NCBI GenBank assembly: GCA_017480745.1
Contig: JAFUSA010000008.1
Span: 86,090-150,089, forward strand
DNA: 64,000 nt
DNA from: Alphaproteobacteria bacterium
GTDB taxonomy: Bacteria; Pseudomonadota; Alphaproteobacteria; RF32; CAG-239
Direction: 5' to 3'
Part shown: piece by piece, positions 30,560 through 38,964 of the stretch
Layout of the letters: each line of letters begins with the position of its first letter
Numbering within the stretch: the stretch's first letter is position 1
Notes under the pieces: generated by a model
The model's input: only the letters and a program-made list of their open reading frames with translations
Told to the model about the DNA's origin: nothing
Database searches by the model: none
Program-made: the position numbers and the translations under genes

Positions 30560-30764
30560 TTGACATAAGGGATTTTTTGGTTTAATATGATCCTCATGAT
30601 GAGGTAAAAATCATCTGGGGTCTCTAAGCCTCTTTAAACCCGTCTTTGTAGACGTAATTTTTCCAGCTTGGCTGGAAGGTCGTGGAATAGTTAATGAATG
30701 AATACGCGACACTGTTTGGTTTAAATAGTTTAGAGCTTCCAGCCACCTCTCGGAGGTGGTTTTA
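30560..30764 (+). promoter_or_regulatory. Class A structured leader of pilin paralog 5
   Basis: TTGACA 30560-30565, 17-nt spacer, TAATAT 30583-30588. The three repeated segments all carry ccagc/gctgg instead of ccggc/gccgg. Terminator ccacctc-tcg-gaggtgg + tttt. Confidence 0.75.
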
Positions 30765-30797
30765 ATGTAATTTTAATTAAGTGAAAGGAAGTTTACT

Positions 30798-31430
30798 ATG
30801 AGAAACTTAGAAATTAAAAATCAAAATGGCCGTAGTATGATAGAGATGCTTGGCGTGCTTGCCATAATCGGCGTGCTTTCTGTGGGCGGAATTGCCGGAT
30901 ACAGCAAAGCAATGCAAAAGTATAAAATCAATAAAACCATTGAACAAATAACTCTCATTGCCGGTAATATACGTGCTTTCTTTGCTAATCAACCCGAAGG
31001 AACTAAATACACGGATTTATATTCCGAAGGCGAAAAAGCACAAATACTAAAAAAAGCGAGGTTAATTCCTGATGAAATGTGGAATGGATCTAAAATAGAA
31101 AATATTTTTGGAGGTGCGACATACATTAGTTATTTGGGTACATCTGGTAATATTGATTATAGAAGTTTTCTCATTAATTTAGGAAACATACCACAAGAAG
31201 CTTGTATTGAACTTTTAACACATGATTGGAGCGCATCAGGAGTATATGTTATGGGTAATGTGAGTGCATTAGCTTATGGTGCTAAGGCAAGTCATGATAA
31301 TTGCGAAACAAAGGAAATTATGAGTGGACCTTATTCGTTTGGCTATACATATTGTGGTACATCAATGCCCATGGAAACAGCAATAGAATTTTGTAAGGAG
31401 GTAACAGATTTTTATTTAGGATTCCATTAA
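30798..31430 (+). CDS. Prepilin-like protein, paralog 5
   Basis: MRNLEIKNQNG|RSMIEMLGVLAIIGVLSVGGIAGYSKAMQKYKINKTIEQITLIAGNIRAFF...EACIELLTHDW. Confidence 0.8.
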   Translation: MRNLEIKNQNGRSMIEMLGVLAIIGVLSVGGIAGYSKAMQKYKINKTIEQITLIAGNIRAFFANQPEGTKYTDLYSEGEKAQILKKARLIPDEMWNGSKIENIFGGATYISYLGTSGNIDYRSFLINLGNIPQEACIELLTHDWSASGVYVMGNVSALAYGAKASHDNCETKEIMSGPYSFGYTYCGTSMPMETAIEFCKEVTDFYLGFH

Positions 31431-31449
31431 TGTGAAAAAATACACCAAC

Positions 31450-31482
31450 AAAAAACCGCTGATTTATAAAGAATCAGCGGTT
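31450..31482. terminator. Hairpin between convergent pilin 5 and rplS
   Basis: aaccgctgatt..gaatcagcggtt. The T-run is better on the minus strand (rplS). Confidence 0.65.
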
Positions 31483-31506
31483 CTACTCTACAAATTTTCT
31501 TAAAGC

Positions 31507-31896
31507 CTATTTTCCGGCGTTAACGTCTTTAACCGATACCGACAAATCATCGGCAATACGAGCCGAACGACCACGCAGAGCACGCAAGAAGTATAATTTA
31601 GCGCGGCGAACTTTACCTACGCGGGATACTTCAATTTTTGCTACATTCGGAGAATATAACGGGAACACACGTTCAACACCTTCACCGAAAGAAATTTTTC
31701 TAACCGTGAAAGACGAGTTTAATCCGTCATTTTTACGAGCAATGCAAACGCCTTCATAAACTTGAATACGTTCTCTGTCGCCTTCTTTTACTTTGGTATG
31801 AACGCGCAAAGTATCTCCGGCTTTGAACTTCGGAAGATTTTTGCCTTCCATCAGTTTTTCAATTTGTTCTTTTTCAATATTTTCGATAATGTTCAT
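31507..31896 (-). CDS. rplS: 50S ribosomal protein L19
   Basis: Sequence and the conserved rimM-trmD-rplS context. Confidence 0.95.
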   Translation of the reverse strand: MNIIENIEKEQIEKLMEGKNLPKFKAGDTLRVHTKVKEGDRERIQVYEGVCIARKNDGLNSSFTVRKISFGEGVERVFPLYSPNVAKIEVSRVGKVRRAKLYFLRALRGRSARIADDLSVSVKDVNAGK

Positions 31897-31909
31897 TTTT
31901 TTATTACCT

Positions 31910-32632
31910 TTACTTTATTTTTTTATTCCCATACACCAAAATTTGTGCAAAATCAAGAGTTTTTTCCAACAAATCCGGGCGTCGTTGTTTAGTTATTTGA
32001 AGAGCCTGTTCTTTTTGCCATTTGGCAACATTTTCATGATGACCGCTCATAAGAATTTCCGGCACTTTGCGCCCTTTCCATTCTATCGGACGTGTATATT
32101 GCGGATATTCTAAAAGATTATCTTCAAAACTTTCATTTTGAGTGGAAGCCGAGTTACCCAATACATTAGGCAACAAACGAACTACCGCATCAAGCATAAT
32201 CATTGCCGCTTGCTCACCGCCGGTTAATATATAATCACCGATACTTATTTCCTCAACTTGATAGTGTTCAATCACTCTCTCGTCAATTCCTTCAAAGCGT
32301 CCGCAGATAATCGTCAACTCCGTCTCTTGGCTAAGCTCACGAACTTTTGCCTGAGTTAACGGTCTGCCTTTCGGACTCATATATATAATTTTACCGCCGT
32401 TATGATTGTGCTCAATCGCATTTCCCAAAACATCCGGCCGCATAATCATTCCGGCACCTCCGCCACAAGGAGTATCATCAACAGATCCGTGTTTATCAAA
32501 AGCATAATCACGAATATTGATCGCTTCAAGCTGCCAAATACCTTCTTTTAAGGCTTTTCCGGTTAGCGAATATCCCAAAAAACCTGGGAATATGTCCGGA
32601 AAAATCGTCAGTATTTTAACCTTAAAGCTCAT
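31910..32632 (-). CDS. trmD: tRNA (guanine37-N1)-methyltransferase
   Basis: [23 protein letters not shown]... Start trimmed to 32632, overlapping the rimM stop. Confidence 0.92.
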   Translation of the reverse strand: MSFKVKILTIFPDIFPGFLGYSLTGKALKEGIWQLEAINIRDYAFDKHGSVDDTPCGGGAGMIMRPDVLGNAIEHNHNGGKIIYMSPKGRPLTQAKVRELSQETELTIICGRFEGIDERVIEHYQVEEISIGDYILTGGEQAAMIMLDAVVRLLPNVLGNSASTQNESFEDNLLEYPQYTRPIEWKGRKVPEILMSGHHENVAKWQKEQALQITKQRRPDLLEKTLDFAQILVYGNKKIK

Positions 32633-33158
32633 CTGCTTCCTCATCATCTTCCGCAAAATTCATAGTTGCCGATGAAACAATTATATAGCCGCCATCAATA
32701 TTTATTTCCGGAACATATTCCTTGGTAAACGGCAACATCTCCGTCTCCCTCTGCCCGTTGAGTTTAAGCTCTATAATTTCTCCGGCGCCGAAATTGCTGA
32801 ATCCGGATACTGTGCCGATAACCTTATTTTTTGTTTGCAAACAAACTTTTAACCCGACAAGATCAAAGTGATAATATTCATCCTCGCCCAATTCCGGCAA
32901 TTTAGTGCGGTCAATATAAAATTCGGTGCCAATAAGCGCTTCCGCTGTATTTCGATCATCCACGCCTTTTATTTTAACTCGCACATTGGAAGAAGTTACC
33001 CCCATAACTTTTAAGCAAAAAACTTTGTCAGCATCCTTATTTTCCACCGCACCCAACTTATCCAAATCTGACGGAGAAGCGGTAAAGCTCTGCACCTTAA
33101 CCTCTCCTCTAATACCGTGAGCGGCAACAATTTTACCTATGCAAACGCGTTTTTTCAT
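32622..33158 (-). CDS. rimM: 16S rRNA processing protein RimM
   Basis: IGKIVAAHGIRGEVKV N-terminus and PRC barrel. Operon context. Confidence 0.9.
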   Translation of the reverse strand: MKKRVCIGKIVAAHGIRGEVKVQSFTASPSDLDKLGAVENKDADKVFCLKVMGVTSSNVRVKIKGVDDRNTAEALIGTEFYIDRTKLPELGEDEYYHFDLVGLKVCLQTKNKVIGTVSGFSNFGAGEIIELKLNGQRETEMLPFTKEYVPEINIDGGYIIVSSATMNFAEDDEEADEL

Positions 33159-33259
33159 TCAAAAGTCCTTATCTCATTTTTTACCGGCATTTCATCGCTG
33201 ATTTGCCGAAGGTCATCACAGACTCAAAATAACTACTTAATTTGTAAGCATTCCGAAAA

Positions 33260-33634
33260 TTATTCGGCAGAAGCTTCAGCAGCGGCTGCAGCTGCGGCAG
33301 CGGCTTCTTCTTTAGCTTTCAATCTTTCCATAGCTTTGGCCTTTGGAGCAGATTTTTTCGGTTGGTCATGCATCTTCGGAGCTGCACAAATACCTAAGTT
33401 AGCAAACAATTTTTGCAATCTTTCGGTCGGTTGAGCACCCTTAGACAACCAAGCGGCAACCTTTTCCTTATCCAAAACCAATCTATTTTCGTTATCCTGA
33501 GGCAACAACGGATTGTATGCACCCAATTTTTCAATATATCTACCGTCACGAGGAGCTCTTTGATCGGCCGCTACAATGTGATAATACGGACGTTTTTTTG
33601 AACCACCGCGAGATAGTCTTATACGTACTGCCAT
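33260..33634 (-). CDS. rpsP: 30S ribosomal protein S16 with Ala-rich C-terminal extension
   Basis: [24 protein letters not shown].. core. Tail ...[15 protein letters not shown]. Confidence 0.93.
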   Translation of the reverse strand: MAVRIRLSRGGSKKRPYYHIVAADQRAPRDGRYIEKLGAYNPLLPQDNENRLVLDKEKVAAWLSKGAQPTERLQKLFANLGICAAPKMHDQPKKSAPKAKAMERLKAKEEAAAAAAAAAEASAE

Positions 33635-33661
33635 TTTTATTTTTTCCTTTCTTGACTATTC

Positions 33662-35044
33662 CTAAAACGGAAATTTTTTACTAAACCCGCCGGACATAGG
33701 CATACGCCCGAACGGATTACCCATTAACTTAGACACTGCCGACATAGCGCCGAACTTGCCCATTTTTTTCATCATTGTTGACATCTGCTCGTATGATTTG
33801 AGCAAAACGTTAACATCATGAACATCTACTCCGGAACCGAGTGCAATTCTTCTCTTGCGAGAAGCTTTTATTATATCGGGATGCGAACGTTCTTCTTTGG
33901 TCATAGAAAGAATAATCGCTTCCTGTTTTTTCATCAGACTGTCGGCGATTCCGGATTCCTCAATCTGAGATTTAAATTTTGACAATCCGGGAATCATACC
34001 TATTATGCTTCCCATACTGCCAATTTTTTGCATTTGTCGCATTTGTTCCAACATATCGTTTAAATCAAATGCTCCTTTTAGCATTTTACCGGCCATTTTT
34101 TCGGCCTCGGCACGATCAACATTTTCCATGGCTTTTTCAACCAAAGAAACAACGTCACCTTGCCCTAAAATACGTCCGGCAACACGGTCGGCGTGAAACT
34201 CTTCAATATCATCTAATTTTTCACCCGTTCCCAAAAATTTAATGGCAACACCGGACACCATTTTCATAGATAAAGCGGCACCGGCACGCGAAGTTCCGTC
34301 AATTCTGGTCAACACCAAACCGGTTACACCTGTTTTATCCTTAAACTCTTTTGCCACATTGCAAGCTTCCTGACCGATTAAGGCATCTGCCACCAACAAC
34401 ACTTCTGTCGGATTCGCTATTTTTTTAACTTCAACTGCCTCATTCATCAGATTCTCATCAATCTGCAAACGGCCGGCCGTATCCAAAATCAGCAAATCAT
34501 AAACACCTTTTTTGGCTTCTTGCAAAGCGCGTTTAGTAATCTCCAACGGATTCTGCCCCTTAATAATCGGCAAAACATCAACCTCGATTTGTTTTCCTAA
34601 TTGTGCTAATTGCTCTTGCGCTGCCGGACGATATACATCAAGTGAAGCCAATAAAATGCGTTTATTTTTCTTTAATTTCTTGGCAATTTTGGCGGCCGTT
34701 GTTGTTTTACCTGAACCTTGCAAACCAACTAACATCATACAAACAGGCGCCGGAGCATTAAAATTAAGTTCGGTATCATTTGCACCCAATAATTTGACTA
34801 ACTCGTCATGCACAATTTTAATAACCATTTGCCCCGGTTGCACTGATTTTACTACTTTTTCGCCCAAAGCTTGTTCTTTAACTTTGGCAATAAAATCTTT
34901 AACCACCGGCAGAGAAACATCGGCTTCCAACAAAGCAACGCGAATTTCGCGCATGGCATCGTCAATATCTTTTTCCGACAACACTCCGCGTGAGGTTATC
35001 TTAGAAAAAGCTTGGCTCAGCTTGTCGGTTAAACTATCAAACAT
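33662..35044 (-). CDS. ffh: Signal recognition particle protein Ffh
   Basis: MFDSLTDKLSQAF, GLQGSGKTTT, DTAGR, and a Met-rich M domain. Start trimmed to 35044. Confidence 0.95.
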   Translation of the reverse strand: MFDSLTDKLSQAFSKITSRGVLSEKDIDDAMREIRVALLEADVSLPVVKDFIAKVKEQALGEKVVKSVQPGQMVIKIVHDELVKLLGANDTELNFNAPAPVCMMLVGLQGSGKTTTAAKIAKKLKKNKRILLASLDVYRPAAQEQLAQLGKQIEVDVLPIIKGQNPLEITKRALQEAKKGVYDLLILDTAGRLQIDENLMNEAVEVKKIANPTEVLLVADALIGQEACNVAKEFKDKTGVTGLVLTRIDGTSRAGAALSMKMVSGVAIKFLGTGEKLDDIEEFHADRVAGRILGQGDVVSLVEKAMENVDRAEAEKMAGKMLKGAFDLNDMLEQMRQMQKIGSMGSIIGMIPGLSKFKSQIEESGIADSLMKKQEAIILSMTKEERSHPDIIKASRKRRIALGSGVDVHDVNVLLKSYEQMSTMMKKMGKFGAMSAVSKLMGNPFGRMPMSGGFSKKFPF

Positions 35045-35236
35045 AAATGTTTTTCCTTCAACGGTTATCATAAACAAACAATCGTCAGTGTGCGAATCCT
35101 CGCTGGCTGACGTACTCCGTAGAGCTTGATTTTAACAGACTTTTAAGGGTAAAATTCTCTAAAATCAAGATTTCTTTACCCTCAAAAAATCCGTTTGTCA
35201 AGAGTGTTTTTAAGAAAAGTGCGGAAAATTTTCATA

Positions 35237-35980
35237 TTATCTGAAATAAAAGTGTAATTCAGCGTCATCAGAACAAGTGCTTGCGGCTTTATCAACGCTT
35301 ATCGGTAATGTTTTGTTGTAAATACAGCCAACATTATCATCATCCCAATAATCTCCCGTTACACAATCAAACATTACAGCACTGTCATCTTCATTTATTG
35401 CCAGAGCTATTAAATCGCTGACAGACCAATCATGTGTGGATAGTTCAATACAGGCTTCTTGCGGTAAACCATAAAGGGTTATCTTATAGCCCGTCACTGT
35501 TTTACTTCCGTTGCTGCCCCAATAATCGTAAATATAAACCGCACCACCAAAAGCATTGGTTATATTCGTGATATTACCGTCGGAATCTAATGTCAGCATT
35601 TCATCGGGTACAAGTTTGGCTTTTTTGATAATTGCTTTTCCTGTATCAGAATACGAAGATAATCCGTCATAATTTCCTTGCGGGCCGAAGAATGCCCGAA
35701 CATTACCGGCGATTAAAGTTATTTGCTCAATAGTTTTATTGATGCGATACTTTTGCATTGCCTTTGAATATCCGGCGATTCCGCCAACAGATAACACGCC
35801 GATGATGGCAAGAACACCAAGCATTTCTATCATTGAGCGACCATTCTGTCCGCCCTCAACATTTTGCACTTCTTTTGAGTTAAACAAAGCATTGCAATAA
35901 ATATTCTGCGGAGCGAACGAATGTTCGCGACCTGATGCGTTAGCATCACAAATAGTTTGTTTGAAATTACAATTTCCCAT
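35237..35980 (-). CDS. Prepilin-like protein, paralog 6 (46-aa presequence)
   Basis: MGNCNFKQTICDANASGREHSFAPQNIYCNALFNSKEVQNVEGGQNG|RSMIEMLGVLAIIGVLSVGGIAGYSKAMQKYRINKTIEQITLIAGNVRAFF...EACIELSTHDW. Confidence 0.78.
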   Translation of the reverse strand: MGNCNFKQTICDANASGREHSFAPQNIYCNALFNSKEVQNVEGGQNGRSMIEMLGVLAIIGVLSVGGIAGYSKAMQKYRINKTIEQITLIAGNVRAFFGPQGNYDGLSSYSDTGKAIIKKAKLVPDEMLTLDSDGNITNITNAFGGAVYIYDYWGSNGSKTVTGYKITLYGLPQEACIELSTHDWSVSDLIALAINEDDSAVMFDCVTGDYWDDDNVGCIYNKTLPISVDKAASTCSDDAELHFYFR

Positions 35981-36015
35981 AGTAAACTTTCTTTCATTTT
36001 TGTTGATATTACACT

Positions 36016-36222
36016 AAAACAACCGCCCGATAAGGCGGCCGGAAGTTCGTAACTACTGCAATTAATAGTGTCGCATATTCAACCCATAGTCTTATTCTGC
36101 GACCTTCCGGCCACAAAGCCGGAAATTTTTACGTCTTTAAGACGAATTGCAAGAGGTTACGACACCTCAGACAAGTTACCTCATCTTGATTTTATGATAG
36201 CATAACAAAAACTGAAAGTCAA
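36016..36222 (-). promoter_or_regulatory. Class A structured leader of pilin paralog 6
   Basis: Minus strand: TTGACT (36222-36217), 17-nt spacer, TATCAT (36199-36194). Canonical class A blocks. Terminator ggccgccttatcgggcggttgtttt. Confidence 0.75.
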
Positions 36223-36301
36223 ACAAAAAATTTAAATCAGCCATTTTTTATTAGTCACGGATTATTTTTTGAGCAGATTTTGATTTCTCAGAAAAAATAA
36301 T

Positions 36302-36531
36302 TTGACATTTTAAAATTTTGTGATATAGTAATCACAGAACTACGGTTCGGGGCTTTCATCGGCTCTCATTACGCTTGGTGTGTAAAAAACACTATCATAA
36401 GGTATGTAATATCTCCGATTGGGTCGGGGAGACTGCAATGGATGTTCAGAGCTTTTGCTTAAAGATTGTAGTGATTATTAGCGTAATGTAATTGATGAAC
36501 TCCCCTGCCGCCGTTTGGCGGTTAAATTTTT
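36302..36531 (+). promoter_or_regulatory. Class B structured leader of pilin paralog 7
   Basis: TTGACA 36302-36307, 16-nt spacer, TGaTATAGT (-10 at 36324-36329). gaac-tacg-gttc, atatctccgattgggtcggggag, ctgcaa..ttgtag, actcccctgccgccgtttggcggt + T-run. Confidence 0.75.
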
Positions 36532-36565
36532 AATGTGTTAACCTTTAATTTTAGGAGATAAAATT

Positions 36566-37213
36566 ATGATAAACTATAATAATGAAAACGGTCGTTCGAT
36601 GATAGAGATGCTGGGCGTATTAGCTATCATTGGTGTTTTAAGTGTTGGTGGTATCGCTGGATATACCAAGGCGATGATGAAATACAGAATCAATAAAACC
36701 ATCGAGCAAATTACTCTTATTGCCGGCAATGTGAGAACGTTTTTCGCAAATCAAAAAACAATTTCATTAAGATTTAATAAAGATGGTCCACAGGATGAAG
36801 CAAGTGAAAAAATTGTCAGAAAGGCAAGGTTAGTGCCGGAAGAAATGATGTATTTGAATGGTGATGGCGAAATAGTGTATCTTGTAAGTACGTTTGGTGA
36901 ACGTTTTTTTGTAATAGGAAGTCCATCAAGCAAGTTCTTTTCCTTATATTTTTATAATCTTCCACAGGAGGCTTGTATTGAATTGTTATCGCATGATTGG
37001 AATAACGCTAATGCTTCTGCAATTAGTGTTAATGGCGGTGAATATCTTACTTTTTTTCTTCCAGTAAACGTGGATGATGCCGTGAAAGCCTGTGATTACA
37101 TCAACCGTAGCCTCGATAGTAATGGTGATTATAATGTATCGATATTATTTGACTACACCGGAGATATGACGGATGCTGTAAATGAAACAAAAGAAATATT
37201 GAGCAAATTATAA
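36566..37213 (+). CDS. Prepilin-like protein, paralog 7
   Basis: MINYNNENG|RSMIEMLGVLAIIGVLSVGGIAGYTKAMMKYRINKTIEQITLIAGNVRTFF...EACIELLSHDW. Confidence 0.8.
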   Translation: MINYNNENGRSMIEMLGVLAIIGVLSVGGIAGYTKAMMKYRINKTIEQITLIAGNVRTFFANQKTISLRFNKDGPQDEASEKIVRKARLVPEEMMYLNGDGEIVYLVSTFGERFFVIGSPSSKFFSLYFYNLPQEACIELLSHDWNNANASAISVNGGEYLTFFLPVNVDDAVKACDYINRSLDSNGDYNVSILFDYTGDMTDAVNETKEILSKL

Positions 37214-37216
37214 CCC

Positions 37217-37672
37217 CTATCCCTTTTGTTGCCAAGCACCGCGATCAGATTGTTGCCAGTAATAAACTTCATTTCCGGCATCTTTATAAGTTTTCCATAA
37301 GCGGCGTGCTTGGCTCAAAGCTTCTTCTGAACGACCGTCAAAAATATTGAATACGCGTTCAAATTTGGTGATTATTTCTATGCTGACTTCCGCGCCATCT
37401 GCCAAAAATAAAAATTCTGCCTGATTGGGATTATCGTCATCGGATGTCAACCATATCGGCTGTTGATCGGCAAAACCGTCTTTTTTGCTTCCGTGTGGCA
37501 AAAAACTTTCATCACTGTATGTCCATAGCCATGAATTTATGCGCTCCATATCTTCCGGTTTACCTATTTTCAGCAAAATACGTTTTCCGGTAGCGTAAGC
37601 TTTGTTCAAAAGCACCGGCAGCACCTCATCAAGACTTTGTTTTTGCAAATGATAAAAATCAATTCTGCTCAT
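37217..37672 (-). CDS. holC: DNA polymerase III chi subunit
   Basis: MSRIDFYHL...LWTYSDESFLPHG...QPIWLT...FDGRSEEALSQARRLWKTYK..YWQQ, typical of chi. Confidence 0.85.
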   Translation of the reverse strand: MSRIDFYHLQKQSLDEVLPVLLNKAYATGKRILLKIGKPEDMERINSWLWTYSDESFLPHGSKKDGFADQQPIWLTSDDDNPNQAEFLFLADGAEVSIEIITKFERVFNIFDGRSEEALSQARRLWKTYKDAGNEVYYWQQSDRGAWQQKG

Positions 37673-38957
37673 CTGATTTCCGCAAATTAAGTGTTATGGT
37701 ATCAACCGTATCCGGTGAAATAAACTGCAAAGTTGCTTTTCCGTTATCAGTCGCTTGCTTTATTTTTGTTTGCAAATCGGCTATTCCGAAAATCTGCTTA
37801 CCATCAATAGTTTTAAATCTATCTCCGGCACGTATCCCTTTACGATAGGCTTCTGAATCCGGCTTAACATCAACCACTGCAAAATATTTTTGCTCCTCAT
37901 CATAATAGGCTTTAAACCCTAAATCAACAAAATCAACTGCCGATTTTACTTGTTCCTCATCTAAATGTAGTGCATCATAATCCGGCTTTTCATTCGAAGT
38001 TTTACCCGTTTTATCAATGCTGTTTGTTTTGTCGCTCGGCATTTCAGCAACCTTCACCACAAATTCCAATGGTTCACCATCGCGAGTTATAGTTATTGAA
38101 AGTTCGCTGTCCGGCTTACTTTGAGCCACTTTCAGTGAAAACAAACGTGGATTATTCAGTGGAAAATCACTTACTTTTTCCAAAACATCTCCTACTTTGA
38201 GTCCGGCTGTTTCTGCCGGCGATCCTTCTATTAACGAAGCTATCGCTAACTTGTTTTCGGGGTTAACTTTTTGCACTCCTATTCCCAGCCAACCGCGCAC
38301 AACTTTGCCGTTTTGTTTCAATTCTTCCGCAACCCAACGTACGATATTGGCAGGAGTGGCAAAACCAACCCCCATATTTTTACCATCCGTAGAAAATATT
38401 GCCGTATTCATTCCAACAATTTCGCCCTCCGTATTAAACAAAGGACCGCCCGAATTTCCCTGATTAATCGCCGTATCGGTTTGAATAAAATTATCATACG
38501 GACCTTTTTCAATATCGCGTTCCTTAGCCGATATAATCCCCAAAGATACACTATTACCGAGCCCGAACGGATTACCTATGGCAAAAACTTGATTTCCGAC
38601 CCTTGTTTTATCGGAATCCGTAAATTTTGCCGGTTCAAATCCCTGCGGATGCTGAACTTTGAGCAAGGCAATATCCGTTTTAACATCTGCTCCGATTAAA
38701 TCTGCCGCATATTCCGTATCATCACTGGTAATTACGGTTATTTTTTCTGCGTTTTCGCACACATGCGCGTTGGTTACCACATAACCATCAGCACCGATAA
38801 TGATTCCGGCTCCCAAAGACTGAACATCATCAGCAGCATCGGCTGCCACGCTCACAACCGCTGTATTGACTTCGGCAATAACATCTTCCAGCGCATATTC
38901 TTTGGCATTTACCGGCGAAATTAAAAACAAAGCAATAACAAAACAAAGTAGTCGCAT
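37659..38957 (-). CDS. Periplasmic serine endoprotease, DegP/HtrA family (S1C) with PDZ domains
   Basis: Signal peptide, TNAHV, D..LLKV, and the GNSGGPL catalytic Ser motif. Confidence 0.9.
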   Translation of the reverse strand: MRLLCFVIALFLISPVNAKEYALEDVIAEVNTAVVSVAADAADDVQSLGAGIIIGADGYVVTNAHVCENAEKITVITSDDTEYAADLIGADVKTDIALLKVQHPQGFEPAKFTDSDKTRVGNQVFAIGNPFGLGNSVSLGIISAKERDIEKGPYDNFIQTDTAINQGNSGGPLFNTEGEIVGMNTAIFSTDGKNMGVGFATPANIVRWVAEELKQNGKVVRGWLGIGVQKVNPENKLAIASLIEGSPAETAGLKVGDVLEKVSDFPLNNPRLFSLKVAQSKPDSELSITITRDGEPLEFVVKVAEMPSDKTNSIDKTGKTSNEKPDYDALHLDEEQVKSAVDFVDLGFKAYYDEEQKYFAVVDVKPDSEAYRKGIRAGDRFKTIDGKQIFGIADLQTKIKQATDNGKATLQFISPDTVDTITLNLRKSDEQN

Positions 38958-38964
38958 GATTTTT

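Noticed and set aside
33267-33310. GCN-rich repeat (gcagcggctgcagctgcggcagcggc) that could be a tandem repeat or contingency locus.
   Set aside because: It simply encodes the poly-Ala tail of S16 in frame, is not a perfect tandem repeat, and has no obvious slippage-prone unit.
34512-35129. Long antisense ORFs in the supplied track. Examples are 34512-35129(+) opposite ffh, 49896-50417(-) opposite the GNAT gene, 38271-38699(+) opposite the DegP-like gene, 280-522(+) opposite polA and 13779-14207(+).
   Set aside because: Each lies entirely within a well-supported gene on the other strand, has low-complexity or biased composition, lacks an RBS and has no recognisable domain. I treat them as shadow ORFs.
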